DNA of 64,000 bases, from contig OZ251518.1 in NCBI GenBank assembly GCA_965242965.1, positions 3,968,001 to 4,032,000 of the forward strand, written 5' to 3'. Origin of the DNA: Candidatus Poribacteria bacterium (GTDB lineage Bacteria; Poribacteria; WGA-4E; WGA-3G). Both the position numbers and the translations under genes were made by a program. This document shows positions 10,845 through 20,150 of this stretch, piece after piece (the first letter of the stretch is position 1; every line of letters starts with the position of its first letter). The notes under the pieces were generated by a model that had not been told where the DNA came from, ran no database searches, and saw only the letters and a program-made list of their open reading frames with translations.

Positions 10845-12047
10845 TCAATGCACGGCGAAAGACGAAAATGCTTGTCCCAGGTCAGCGATGATATCCTCGG
10901 CATCCTCTAAGCCAACCGAAATTCGGACGAGGCCGTCTGTAACCCCGGTCTGCCGCCGAATTTCGGCTGGCACGAGCGCGTGCGTTGTGGAGGCAGGGTG
11001 GCAGATTAAAGTGCGGACATCGCCGAGACTGACTGCCAGCGAGCAGACCTGGAGTTGATTAACGAGTTGTTCACCGGCACTTCGCCCACCTTTGAGTTCC
11101 AAGGTTATCATCCCGCCGAATCCATCCATCTGCCGTTTAGCGAGTTCGTGTTGCGGATGACTGCGTAAACCAGGGTAGCGCGCCCAGGCGACAGCAGGAT
11201 GCGTTTCCAAAAACTCGGCGATGCGCAACGCGTTCTCGCAGTGACGCGCCCATCGGAGCGGCAAGGTGGCTATTCCGTGGAGTGTTAACCACGCGTTGAA
11301 GGGACTGATAACCGCGCCGAAGTTACGCAACGCGCCTGTCTTTGCCTGTTCAATGAACTGCTTTTTGCCGACAATCGCACCGGCGATGACTGCGCCGTTA
11401 CCGCTCAGATATTTCGTTATGCTGTGTAGCACCACGTCAATGCCGAGTGTAATGGGTTGCTGTCCGCACGGCGTGGCGAACGTGTTGTCAATCATCGTGA
11501 GTGCGCCGTGCGCTTGGGCGATTTCGGCGCATGCCCCGAGGTCTACTAGTTTGAGCAGCGGGTTTGTGGGGCTTTCAAGGTAGATAACCTTTGTGTCCGG
11601 TCGGAGTGCGCGTTCAATTGCGTGCACATCGGTGGCATCGACGAAGGTTGTCTCAATGCCGAGCCGCGGCAAATCTTCGTTGAGGAGATGGTGCGTTGCT
11701 GAGTAGAGCGTCTCCATAGCGACGACATGGCCGCCATCGGGTAGAGCCGTGAGGAGCGCGGTGCTGACAGCACCCATTCCCGATGCAGTTGCGAGTGCCG
11801 CTTCGCCGCCCTCTAAAACCGCGAGTTTCTGTTCCAAGATGTGCTGTGTCGGATTGCCCCAGCGGGTATAGACGTAGCCGCTTTCTTCGTTGGCAAATGC
11901 TTCGGCGCATTCTTCCGCCGATGTGAAGCGGAAGGTGCTGTTTTGATAGATGGGTGGCAGCAAAGGCGTGCCGCTTTTTTCGTTCTGGCGCGCAAGCGAG
12001 TCTTCGCCTGCATGTATGGCTTGGGTGGCTTTTCCGTATTTTTTCAT
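10845..12047 (-). CDS. PLP-dependent Cys/Met metabolism enzyme (methionine gamma-lyase / cystathionine gamma-synthase family)
   Basis: 'YTRWGNPT', 'ASGMGAV', 'ESPTNP', 'DNTFATP', PLP lysine in 'SITKYLSG', 'SLGD..TL..HPASTTH', 'SVGLED'. Confidence 0.92.
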   Translation of the reverse strand: MKKYGKATQAIHAGEDSLARQNEKSGTPLLPPIYQNSTFRFTSAEECAEAFANEESGYVYTRWGNPTQHILEQKLAVLEGGEAALATASGMGAVSTALLTALPDGGHVVAMETLYSATHHLLNEDLPRLGIETTFVDATDVHAIERALRPDTKVIYLESPTNPLLKLVDLGACAEIAQAHGALTMIDNTFATPCGQQPITLGIDVVLHSITKYLSGNGAVIAGAIVGKKQFIEQAKTGALRNFGAVISPFNAWLTLHGIATLPLRWARHCENALRIAEFLETHPAVAWARYPGLRSHPQHELAKRQMDGFGGMITLELKGGRSAGEQLVNQLQVCSLAVSLGDVRTLICHPASTTHALVPAEIRRQTGVTDGLVRISVGLEDAEDIIADLGQAFSSFAVH

Positions 12048-12076
12048 TTTTTTGTCCTATTTTGATAGAGTTATCT

Positions 12077-12388
12077 GTGGGTGTTTCATATTTCGATGCG
12101 TTCGGTAGGCGAGCCCTCCGAGTCTTGATTTTTTCCCGTAGCGCGGGGACCTGTCCCCCGCGAGTGCCATCGTCACGATGTGTGTTTCCCCCACTGTAGT
12201 TTGTGATCGCCTGATCACAAACGGGTCAGGATCAGGCGATCCTGACCTACAGGGTCTGGCGCGCGGACGATGGCGAGGGACAGGCCCTCGCCCTACGGTG
12301 AAGTGCCGTTTTTTATCGTAGCGCGGGGGCCTGTCCCCCGCGAGCGTTGGAGTGCGCGGACGATATCAAGACCAGGGGGGCTCTCCTA
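12077..12388. repeat. Composite REP-like array with left TIR
   Basis: GTGGGTGTTTCATA at 12077; the last hairpin overlaps the ogt stop codon. Confidence 0.85.
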
Positions 12389-12958
12389 CTTCAACGTTTC
12401 AACGGGATAGCCTTCGAGTTCCAACAACAGACGTTTCTGCCGGACCCCGCCGCCATACCCACCCAATCTGCCATCGCTGCGGATGACGCGATGGCAAGGA
12501 ATGATTATGGAGATGGGATTCGCGCCGACTGCGCCGCCAACGGCACGCACCGCTTTCGGGCTGCCGATTTGCTCGGCGAGCCACTTGTAAGAGCGCGTCT
12601 CACCGAAAGGAATCTCCCGGATGGCGTTCCATACCGCTCTCTGAAACCCGGTTCCTCTGCTGAACTTGAGCGGTGCCTGCGAAAAATCGACTGTTTTCCC
12701 CGCAAAATAGTTTGTGAGGATATCATACGCGTAACTCAACAGCGGCTCATCCGGAATATCGGGCATGCTGGGCGGCGAGGCGTGGTGGTAGTCAATCCGC
12801 GAAATGCCGGCACCTTCGCAGACAACCCGGAGCCACCCGATAGGCGAATTAAAGTAGAAACTCCGGGTGCCAAGCGCATCGTGTATGCCTGAGGGCACTG
12901 GAGGATTCCCTTCGGAGCGTGCATTCTCCAGGAAATCCCATATCTGTTTTGCATTCAT
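12386..12958 (-). CDS. ogt: Methylated-DNA-[protein]-cysteine S-methyltransferase
   Basis: 'GTGFQRAVW..IPFGETRSY', 'RAVG.A...NP', active-site PCHRV; start reassigned to MNAKQ (RBS AAGGA). Confidence 0.92.
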   Translation of the reverse strand: MNAKQIWDFLENARSEGNPPVPSGIHDALGTRSFYFNSPIGWLRVVCEGAGISRIDYHHASPPSMPDIPDEPLLSYAYDILTNYFAGKTVDFSQAPLKFSRGTGFQRAVWNAIREIPFGETRSYKWLAEQIGSPKAVRAVGGAVGANPISIIIPCHRVIRSDGRLGGYGGGVRQKRLLLELEGYPVETLK

Positions 12959-12997
12959 TGCTTGTCCTTTTTTGGCTGGCATGCTATACTGCACACC

Positions 12998-13378
12998 ATG
13001 ATGCAATTTGAAACACCGCAACAACTCTATACCGAACTCGGCGGGCTGTTTGAACGTATCGTCGCAGAACCGGAAGTCCAAGAAGCCCTAAAATCCTTGC
13101 GGCTGTGCGTTCGGTTTCACTACACCGAGCCGGATGCTACGATGACGTTATCCGCCGCGGACGGAAAATACACCATCGTCTGCGGGCATTGCGATGCGAT
13201 TCCCGATGTTGCGCTCACAATGACAGGCGATGTCGCGCACCGTTTCTGGATGGGCGAGCTCAATGTCATGGAAGCGATTACCAAGCGGGACATCGGCGTG
13301 GACGGTTCGCTGGGGAAAATTATGCGGCTTACGCCGCTGATTAAGTCGGCGATTCGCTATAACCGCGAGCACGCATGA
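12998..13378 (+). CDS. SCP2 sterol/lipid-binding domain protein
   Basis: 'PDVALTMTGD.AHRFWMGELNVMEAI...I.VDG' SCP2 pattern; ATG lies 7 nt after TGnTATACT. Confidence 0.7.
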   Translation: MMQFETPQQLYTELGGLFERIVAEPEVQEALKSLRLCVRFHYTEPDATMTLSAADGKYTIVCGHCDAIPDVALTMTGDVAHRFWMGELNVMEAITKRDIGVDGSLGKIMRLTPLIKSAIRYNREHA

Positions 13379-13511
13379 ACTTTCCGCGCGGCTTGCGCGA
13401 GACAGGTCCGCGCACTACGTTTTTTCAAGACAAGTTTTTCGCTTGCAATTTTTCACGCGAAATGGTATCATCTTGCCATCGTGCAACTCCACTTGCCCGA
13501 AGGAGGTAATT

Positions 13512-14288
13512 ATGACAGAAACAATTGAACCTTCCGTGACGCAACTCCGTGAAGAAGGCTGGTGCGTGTTAGAGAACGTTATCCCCGCCGATGCGGTGGA
13601 TGCGGTTCGCGAAGAGGTTGAAACCTCCGAGTCGGACTACAATCAATTCTCGAAAGCGCACGGCCGCTGGGCGCGCAACGTTGTCAGTTTTATACCGCGT
13701 TTCGCGGCGCATTTGGCAAATGAACGGCTCCTCGCGGTTATCCGAGAAGTATTGGGTGCGCAAGTCCGCATTTCTCAAACGGAGTATAAGATTCGGCCGC
13801 CGCACTATGAATTAGTGCGCGCGTATCACTCCGATTTCCCGTATGATCTGAACCAGAAGTGGCACATCCCGCAGCCTTTCCCGAACGCTGTCATCGGCAT
13901 TACGACGCTCTGGATGCTCTCCGAATTTACGACAGAGAACGGCGGCACATGGATAGTGCCGAAAACGCATGTCGATCTTCGGAATCCGCGCGGCAAGGCA
14001 GATGGCATCGGCGACAAAAACCCGCTCGCTGGCGAATTGCAAGCCACCGGGAGTGCCGGCAGTGTGCTCGTCATGGACAGCCGCATTTGGCATTCCAACG
14101 CCGAGAATCCGAGCCCTGGCAAACGCACGGCAGTCGTCGTCCGATACGCGCCGTGGTGGCTGAATTTGGAGCTCTTCGGTGTCAATACCGCGACTATTCC
14201 CGGCGAAACGTTTGATGGCCTGCCTGACGATGTCAAGTTGCTTTATGAACACCGCGCGGAGAATAGAGAACCTACCCTCTGGGTTTAA
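13512..14288 (+). CDS. Phytanoyl-CoA dioxygenase (PhyH) family 2OG-Fe(II) oxygenase
   Basis: 'EGWCVLENVI', HxD 'YHSD', 'ENGGTWIVP.TH', distal His in 'DSRIWH', 'RTA'; RBS AGGAGG. Confidence 0.88.
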   Translation: MTETIEPSVTQLREEGWCVLENVIPADAVDAVREEVETSESDYNQFSKAHGRWARNVVSFIPRFAAHLANERLLAVIREVLGAQVRISQTEYKIRPPHYELVRAYHSDFPYDLNQKWHIPQPFPNAVIGITTLWMLSEFTTENGGTWIVPKTHVDLRNPRGKADGIGDKNPLAGELQATGSAGSVLVMDSRIWHSNAENPSPGKRTAVVVRYAPWWLNLELFGVNTATIPGETFDGLPDDVKLLYEHRAENREPTLWV

Positions 14289-14359
14289 CGAACCGCTAGG
14301 CGTGCTTTGCAGGCGCGTCTGCGTAGAAGGGACATCGCTGTCCCGAAAGGAGAATTCTC

Positions 14360-14788
14360 ATGTCGACTACACTTGTCCACATTGGCGTGCGCACGACGGA
14401 TTTGGAAAAGAGCATCCGTTTCTGGCGTGATGCACTCGGTTTGCGCGTTTTCTCAACGATGAATGGATGCTATGACCTAACCGATGGCTATCATAACTTC
14501 CGTGTTTTCCAGCACCGTGGCCCGGCGCGTCCGAAGCACGTCGGCGGGATGCTGGACTATCTGCACATCGGTGTCCGTGTGCCGGATTTGAAGGCAGCGG
14601 CGCAGCGGTGCGAGAAACTCGGCTTCCAGATTACGTGGGAAGGCTTAGATGGCAGCAACCCCTACGATGCGAAGTCCGGCGAGCTTCCCTCCCAAGCCTT
14701 CAAAGTCGAGGACCCGGATGGCATCGTCGTTGACATTACGGAGCAAGATGAGCAGTGGCCCGGTGTCGCGCTCCAAAGCCGCGCGTAA
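14360..14788 (+). CDS. VOC/glyoxalase family protein
   Basis: 'HIGVRTTDLEKSIRFW...LG', second 'HIGVRV.D', 'DPDGIVVDI'; RBS AAGGAG. Confidence 0.85.
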   Translation: MSTTLVHIGVRTTDLEKSIRFWRDALGLRVFSTMNGCYDLTDGYHNFRVFQHRGPARPKHVGGMLDYLHIGVRVPDLKAAAQRCEKLGFQITWEGLDGSNPYDAKSGELPSQAFKVEDPDGIVVDITEQDEQWPGVALQSRA

Positions 14789-14795
14789 TCGAGAA

Positions 14796-15263
14796 CGTAG
14801 GGCGGGGGCCTGTCCCCCGCCGTGCTATCCGAATCGTGGTAGGCGAGACCTCCCGGTCTCGATGCACCACCCTATGCCTGTCCGCCGCCATGCTATCCGC
14901 GAGAACGTAGGGCGGGGGCCTGTCCCCCGCCGTGCTGTCAGCACACGTAGCTCCCTCTGTAGTTTGCGATCGCCTGATCGCAAACAGGTGCAGTCCGCAC
15001 CGTTTTATTGAACGTAGGGCGGGGGCCTGTCCCCCGCCGGGCGTTTGGCTGTCAAACCGCATCCCTTGTAGGGCAGGAGCACCTGCTCCTGACCCGTTCG
15101 GGATCAGGCGATCCCGAATTACAGAGGTGGGCCCGATCGGGAGGAATGCATCGAGACCGGGAGGTCTCGCCTACCGGCTCCCGAACTACAGAGGTGGGCC
15201 CGATGGCTTCTGGTATTCGTCCTTCCCGAAGGGGGAATAAATACCGAAACGGCGTTATGAAAC
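14796..15263. repeat. Composite REP-like array ending in a truncated right TIR
   Basis: GTAGGGCGGGGGCCTGTCCCC(C)GCC x3; subterminal ATACCGAAACGG.GTTATGAAAC shared with the ends near 19282 and 58880. Confidence 0.85.
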
Positions 15264-15955
15264 TATTCATCGCCACCCAAGAGCCCGAGCCTGAGTAGAT
15301 AGTATACCAACGTGAGCAGACTCGTTACAGCGGCGGCGAGATAGGTGAGGAACGCGGCGTTCAGCACTTTACTAGCGTGCCGATTCTCTTCCGGTGAAAG
15401 CAGTCCAACTTCGTCCATCGCGACTTTAGCGCGTTTGCTGGCATCCCATTCAACGGGAAGCGTAATCAGCGAAAATACCACGCCGACGGTAAACAGCCCA
15501 ACGCCTAGCAACAGAAAGGGTTGGATGAAAAAGCCTATCATCATCAGGATATAGGCCGCCGTTGAGCTGAAGTTTGTCGCGGGGACGAGGGCAGTCCGGA
15601 GGCTCAGCATGCCGTAATTGCTTGCATCCTGAATTGCATGGCCTGCTTCGTGGCAGGCGACACCGATTGCGGATAGCGACTGACTTGAGTAAACATCTTC
15701 GGACAGGCGAAGGGCTTTGGGGCCCGGGTCATAGTGATCACTCAGCCATCCGCTTGTGCGTTCAATGCTGACACCGTGGATGCCGTTCCGTTGTAGCATC
15801 ATTGCGGCGGCTTGCGCCCCGGTCATCCCGCTTCGCGAGCCGACTTGCGAGTATTTTGAGAACGTCCGCTTCGTTTTGAATGTCGCATACAGGGATAATG
15901 CCAGCCCTGGCGCGAGGAAGACGAAATAGAGCGGGTCGAAAAAACCGAAAAACAT
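15263..15955 (-). CDS. Membrane zinc metallopeptidase (YugP / Zn_peptidase_2 family)
   Basis: 'LSDHYDP', HExxH 'HEAGHAIQ', 'TLPVEWDAS.RA', 'VL.AA.LTY'. Confidence 0.9.
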   Translation of the reverse strand: MFFGFFDPLYFVFLAPGLALSLYATFKTKRTFSKYSQVGSRSGMTGAQAAAMMLQRNGIHGVSIERTSGWLSDHYDPGPKALRLSEDVYSSQSLSAIGVACHEAGHAIQDASNYGMLSLRTALVPATNFSSTAAYILMMIGFFIQPFLLLGVGLFTVGVVFSLITLPVEWDASKRAKVAMDEVGLLSPEENRHASKVLNAAFLTYLAAAVTSLLTLVYYLLRLGLLGGDE

Positions 15956-16058
15956 GAGGGATACCTCCTTGTTTATGTTTTTTTGCTAAGAACGTTTGTA
16001 TCTGTTCGTTTCAGCAATTATACCATATATCCGCGAGAAAATCAAATTATTTTTCAGT

Positions 16059-16211
16059 ATCAAAGTTGAACTCGGTTTTTGGTGTGTGGTTGCTTTGCGA
16101 GGGACAGGCCCTCGCGCTACGGTATCGTGGCGGGTCATTTGGGGGTTGCACTCGTTTTTTTGCGCGTCGTTGCACTGCGAGGGACAGGCCCTCGCGCTAC
16201 GGTAGCGTGGG
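16059..16211. repeat. Small REP array bracketed by a 17-bp direct repeat
   Basis: Two GCGAGGGACAGGCCCTCGCGCTAC copies; TCAAATTATTTTTCAGT at 16042-16058 and 16212-16228. Confidence 0.85.
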
Positions 16212-16239
16212 TCAAATTATTTTTCAGTCTCGGTTTCGT

Positions 16240-16268
16240 TTGACATGTTACGCCCGAGCTGGTAAACT
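16240..16268 (+). promoter_or_regulatory. sigma70-type promoter of the Mrr_N-repeat gene
   Basis: TTGACA-17-TAAACT with TG extension. Confidence 0.6.
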
Positions 16269-16305
16269 GTGAAAAACGTCCTTATGGACGAGGAGAGTAA
16301 GCGAA

Positions 16306-17253
16306 ATGGCCATACCTAGTCGTCGAGAAATGAGATTGCCGCTGCTTCAACACATTGCTGATGGGCGCGAATATCTCTATTCTGAATTGAAAACCGCGTT
16401 AACACGGCACTTTTTGCTAACAGATGCCGATCAGCATGCGGTAAAGCCAAACGGGAAGAACAAGTTTAGCGCGCGCCTATCGACAATTTTGGGCACGCTA
16501 CGTGCGGAAGGGTTAGTGGCGTTCACACCGTCAAAGAGGGACGGCACTTATCGCATCACCGAACGCGGACGTTATGTTTTAAGCCAGTCGCCGGCGGCAA
16601 TCAATTCCGCTTTTTGGCGGCAGTTTAAGCTGCCCAGTGTTGACGCGATTATCCCCGTGCTCCTTCAGCACGTTGGAGATGGAAAGAGTCATCACTACCT
16701 CGCGTTGCGCGAAGCGGTGACGATGCACTTTTCAATTACACCGGCGCAACAGCGAGCTATCTTGCCGAGTTGGGGACTCAGGTGGAACCGCCGTTGGGGA
16801 GATGCCCGCAAAGCACTCATCCATGCGGATTTCGTGGATAACACCGAAGCCGGGCGTTACCAAATCACAGCCCTTGGATGGGAAGTCCTCCACAATCCAC
16901 CCCCGGTGATTGACACTGCTTTCTTAGCGACGTTTCAATTGCCTCAGGGTAAAATGGGGCCGATGCTCCTCCAGCATATCGCTGACAAGGCAAGCGCGCC
17001 TCGGCAGGTTGTGATAGATACGCTTGTCAACCGCCTCAGAACAGATGTCTATCCCAGCGGCGTGATGCCGTGGCGCAAGGCTTGCAACTGGGAAATGGCT
17101 CGGTTAGAAAGGAGCAAACTCGTAACGTCAACCGACGATGGGTTTTGTGAGATAACCGCGTTGGGAAAAGCGGCACTCATCTTAGAACCCGATGCGTTTC
17201 CGTGGATTTTCCCACAAAGGCTGAGAGAAGCGGCGGAGCTGCTTAGTTCGTAA
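16306..17253 (+). CDS. Protein of three tandem Mrr N-terminal-like winged-helix domains, no nuclease domain
   Basis: Starts 'MAIP...M.LPLLQ.IADG.E'; three units 'LLQH(I/V)(A/G)D...(Y/C).IT..G'; no D-x-QAK Mrr catalytic motif. Confidence 0.7.
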   Translation: MAIPSRREMRLPLLQHIADGREYLYSELKTALTRHFLLTDADQHAVKPNGKNKFSARLSTILGTLRAEGLVAFTPSKRDGTYRITERGRYVLSQSPAAINSAFWRQFKLPSVDAIIPVLLQHVGDGKSHHYLALREAVTMHFSITPAQQRAILPSWGLRWNRRWGDARKALIHADFVDNTEAGRYQITALGWEVLHNPPPVIDTAFLATFQLPQGKMGPMLLQHIADKASAPRQVVIDTLVNRLRTDVYPSGVMPWRKACNWEMARLERSKLVTSTDDGFCEITALGKAALILEPDAFPWIFPQRLREAAELLSS

Positions 17254-17299
17254 CCCGGTGGCATCCGGTTCGTCGTTGTTGAAGTTGCAATCGGTTTTT

Positions 17300-17535
17300 G
17301 GTGCGTTCGTTGCACTGCGAGGGACAGGCCCTCGCGCTACGGTATCGTGGCGGGTTATTTGAGGTGTTGCAATCGGTTTTTGGCGTGTGGTTGTTTTGCG
17401 AGGGCCTGTCCCTCGCGCCACGGGAACGAAAACCGTCATTTTCACCGTAGCGCGGGGGCCTGTCCCCCGCGACTGTCGGCGTGCCCGAACGATGGCGAGG
17501 GACAGGCCCTCGCGCTACGGTATCGTGGCGGGTTA
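17300..17535. repeat. REP array of the same subtype as 16059-16211
   Basis: GCGAGGGACAGGCCCTCGCGCTACGGTATCGTGGCGGG twice. Confidence 0.85.
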
Positions 17536-17559
17536 TTGGGGAAATGAGAGGCTAAAAAT

Positions 17560-18747
17560 ATGAAAATCACAAACGTGAAAACGATTTTGACGGCACCCAA
17601 TGGCATCCGACTCGTCGTTGTCAAAGTCGAAACGAGTGAGCCGGGGTTATATGGCATCGGCTGCGCGACGTTTACGCAACGTCCGCTCGCTGTCGCAACC
17701 GCCGTCGATGAATACCTCAAACCGTTCCTAATCGGGAAAGACCCGGGTAACATTGAGGACATCTTCCAGACCAGTTTTGTCAGTTCCTATTGGCGCAATG
17801 GACCTGTGTTAAACAACGCGCTCAGCGGGGTGGACATCGCCTTGTGGGACATCATGGGGAAGCGCGCGGGGATGCCTGTCTATCAATTGCTCGGTGGGAA
17901 GTGCCGAGAGGCAGTCACGCTTTACGCGCACGCCGGGGGCAGCGACTTCCAAGAAGTTGAGGAGAACATCCGGCGTTATATGGAGCAGGGGTATCGCTAT
18001 GTCCGCGCGCAGGTGGCAATCCCCGGCCATTCCACTTACGGTGCGGCGAGTGGTGGCGCGCCTGCTTTTGAACCGACACCGTATGTCAACACCGTCGTCA
18101 AATTGTTCGCGCATTTGCGGGAGCAGTTAGGTGACGAAGTGGAGCTCCTCCACGATGTGCATGAACGGATTCCGCCGATTCAGGCGATTAATCTCGCCAA
18201 ATTGTTGGAACCGTATCACCTCTTTTTTCTCGAAGATCCGTTTGCACCGGAGGATGTCGACTATTTCCAGTTGATGCGTCAGCAGACAAGCACGCCGATT
18301 GCGATGGGCGAATTGTTCAACAATCCGAACGAGTATGTCCATCTCATCAAGGACCGGCTCATCGATTTTATCCGCGTGCATATTTCGCAGATAGGCGGCA
18401 TCAGTCCGGCGCGGAAGTTGGCGGCGTTCTGTGAATTCTTCGGTGTGCGCACGGCGTGGCATGGGCCCGGTGATGTGTCGCCTGTCGGACATGCGGCGAA
18501 CGTCGCCTTAGATTTGGTGTCCTATAATTTTGGCATTCAGGAGCAACATGTCTTCGGGGAAAATACAAAGGCGGTCTTTCCCGGTTGCCCTGAGATTCGC
18601 GATGGCTGCTATTGGGCGAGGGAAGCACCTGGGCTCGGCATGGATATTGACGAGGAGCTCGCTGCAAAATTCCCGTTTCCGGAACATCCGCTCAACGGTG
18701 GTTGGGCTCCTGTGCGTCGGAGAGATGGGACGGTTATCCGTCCGTAG
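17560..18747 (+). CDS. Enolase-superfamily sugar-acid dehydratase (RspA/ManD-like)
   Basis: 'YWRNGPV', 'DIALWDI.GK', 'LLHDVHER', 'FLEDP', 'AMGEL', 'RTAWHGPGD', 'GIQE'. Confidence 0.9.
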   Translation: MKITNVKTILTAPNGIRLVVVKVETSEPGLYGIGCATFTQRPLAVATAVDEYLKPFLIGKDPGNIEDIFQTSFVSSYWRNGPVLNNALSGVDIALWDIMGKRAGMPVYQLLGGKCREAVTLYAHAGGSDFQEVEENIRRYMEQGYRYVRAQVAIPGHSTYGAASGGAPAFEPTPYVNTVVKLFAHLREQLGDEVELLHDVHERIPPIQAINLAKLLEPYHLFFLEDPFAPEDVDYFQLMRQQTSTPIAMGELFNNPNEYVHLIKDRLIDFIRVHISQIGGISPARKLAAFCEFFGVRTAWHGPGDVSPVGHAANVALDLVSYNFGIQEQHVFGENTKAVFPGCPEIRDGCYWAREAPGLGMDIDEELAAKFPFPEHPLNGGWAPVRRRDGTVIRP

Positions 18748-18766
18748 TGAGGGAAAAAACGGTTCT

Positions 18767-19310
18767 TAGGTCCGTAGGACCTTAATGTCTATAGAACGCG
18801 CGCCCGCGAAGAACCCTAAGGTCCTTTAGGTCCTTAATAGTTTGTGCCATGTCCGCGCGTGTTTTTTATTAAGGACCTAAAGGCCCTTGGAAACGGGACG
18901 ACACGTTTTTCTATAGACATGTAGGTCCTAAAGGCCCTAAAACGATGCATCCGAAAAAACGCCACCCCCTCACCGTAGAGCGAGGGCCTGTCCCTCGCCA
19001 TGCACCGGTCTGCGCAGCAACCATCCGGAGTCTCTGGGCTGTGGGCGTTTTCCGCAGCGGTCGAGAGATCGCGGGGGACAGGCCCCCGCGCTACGGTGAA
19101 AAAAACGCCGTCCCTTCCCGTAGGGCGAGGGCCTGTCCCTCGCCATCGTTCGGCTGTCAGAACGCATCCCCCCTGTAGTTCAGGAGCACCAGTTCCTGAC
19201 CCGTTCGGGAGCGGGCGCTCCCGAACTACAGAGGTGGGCACAATGCCTGCTGGTATTCGCCTGTCCTCCAAGGCGGGATAAATACCGAAACGGAGTTATG
19301 AAACACCCTC
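18767..19310. repeat. Composite REP-like array with right TIR
   Basis: AGGTCC/TATAG block, A- and C-family hairpins, TATGAAACACCCTC at 19297-19310. Confidence 0.85.
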
Positions 19311-19313
19311 AGG

Positions 19314-19964
19314 TTACTTGAAGAAGGTGATAAGCGAGAGCACCAGAGCGGCGACAGCGGCGCAGGCGGTGGCGACAATCCCACCGGTTTTCCAACGGTC
19401 GGTGGTGTCAAGCTTCCGATCGCGCATGTTGGCGATAAAGGTATTGAGTCGTTCCTCCAATGCCTCTACCATGCCTGTCAGTTTGGCATCTCGTGCCTGC
19501 AGCTCGCCCTTAAGTTCCGCGTGGCTGACCTTCATGTCTGAGGTGTCTTTCAAGACTGCCTGGATGCTAGTCTGGTTTCGCTTCACCTCGCCGCGGGTTT
19601 CGTTCAACGCATCGCAGGTGGTTTCCAGGTCTTTTTGAACAACCTTCACCTCGTATTGCGTCTCCGTGACGATGCCGCGGGTTTCGTGGAGTTCCTCGCG
19701 GGTTTCCGTTACCTCGCCGCGAGTTTCCTTTACCTCCGCTTGGGTTTCCTTCACTTCCTCGCGGGTTTCCTTCACTTCGCCGCGGGTTTCCTTTACTTCC
19801 GCCTGAGTTTCCGTTACTGCCTCGCGCGTTTCCTTCACCTCAGACTCTAGGTTTGCTGTCCGTGCAGCCTGCGCAGCATCCTGAGCCTGTAGTTGCGCCG
19901 TAATCTCTTGTTGCTGCGCCGCTATCTCCTCAAGTTTTTGGAGAATAAGGTCTTCTTTATTCAT
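19314..19964 (-). CDS. Coiled-coil heptad-repeat protein with C-terminal transmembrane anchor
   Basis: About 10 '(E/A)V(K/T)ET(R/Q)x' heptads encoded by 21-bp repeats; hydrophobic C-terminus; RBS GAGG; TTGACA-18-TATAAT upstream. Confidence 0.8.
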   Translation of the reverse strand: MNKEDLILQKLEEIAAQQQEITAQLQAQDAAQAARTANLESEVKETREAVTETQAEVKETRGEVKETREEVKETQAEVKETRGEVTETREELHETRGIVTETQYEVKVVQKDLETTCDALNETRGEVKRNQTSIQAVLKDTSDMKVSHAELKGELQARDAKLTGMVEALEERLNTFIANMRDRKLDTTDRWKTGGIVATACAAVAALVLSLITFFK

Positions 19965-20150
19965 CAGTTTATACCTCTTGTGTTAGTTAGTCACAGGACC
20001 ATAAAGGTCTGTTAAATCAACGCGGCAGTCAAACTACCGCTAGGGATAACGAAATTATACACGCAATCCCTGATTAATGTCAAGTTTTTTTGTGTTTCTC
20101 AGACATGCAGGTATTGCATCGAGACCGGGAAGTCTCTCCTACCGCTAATA

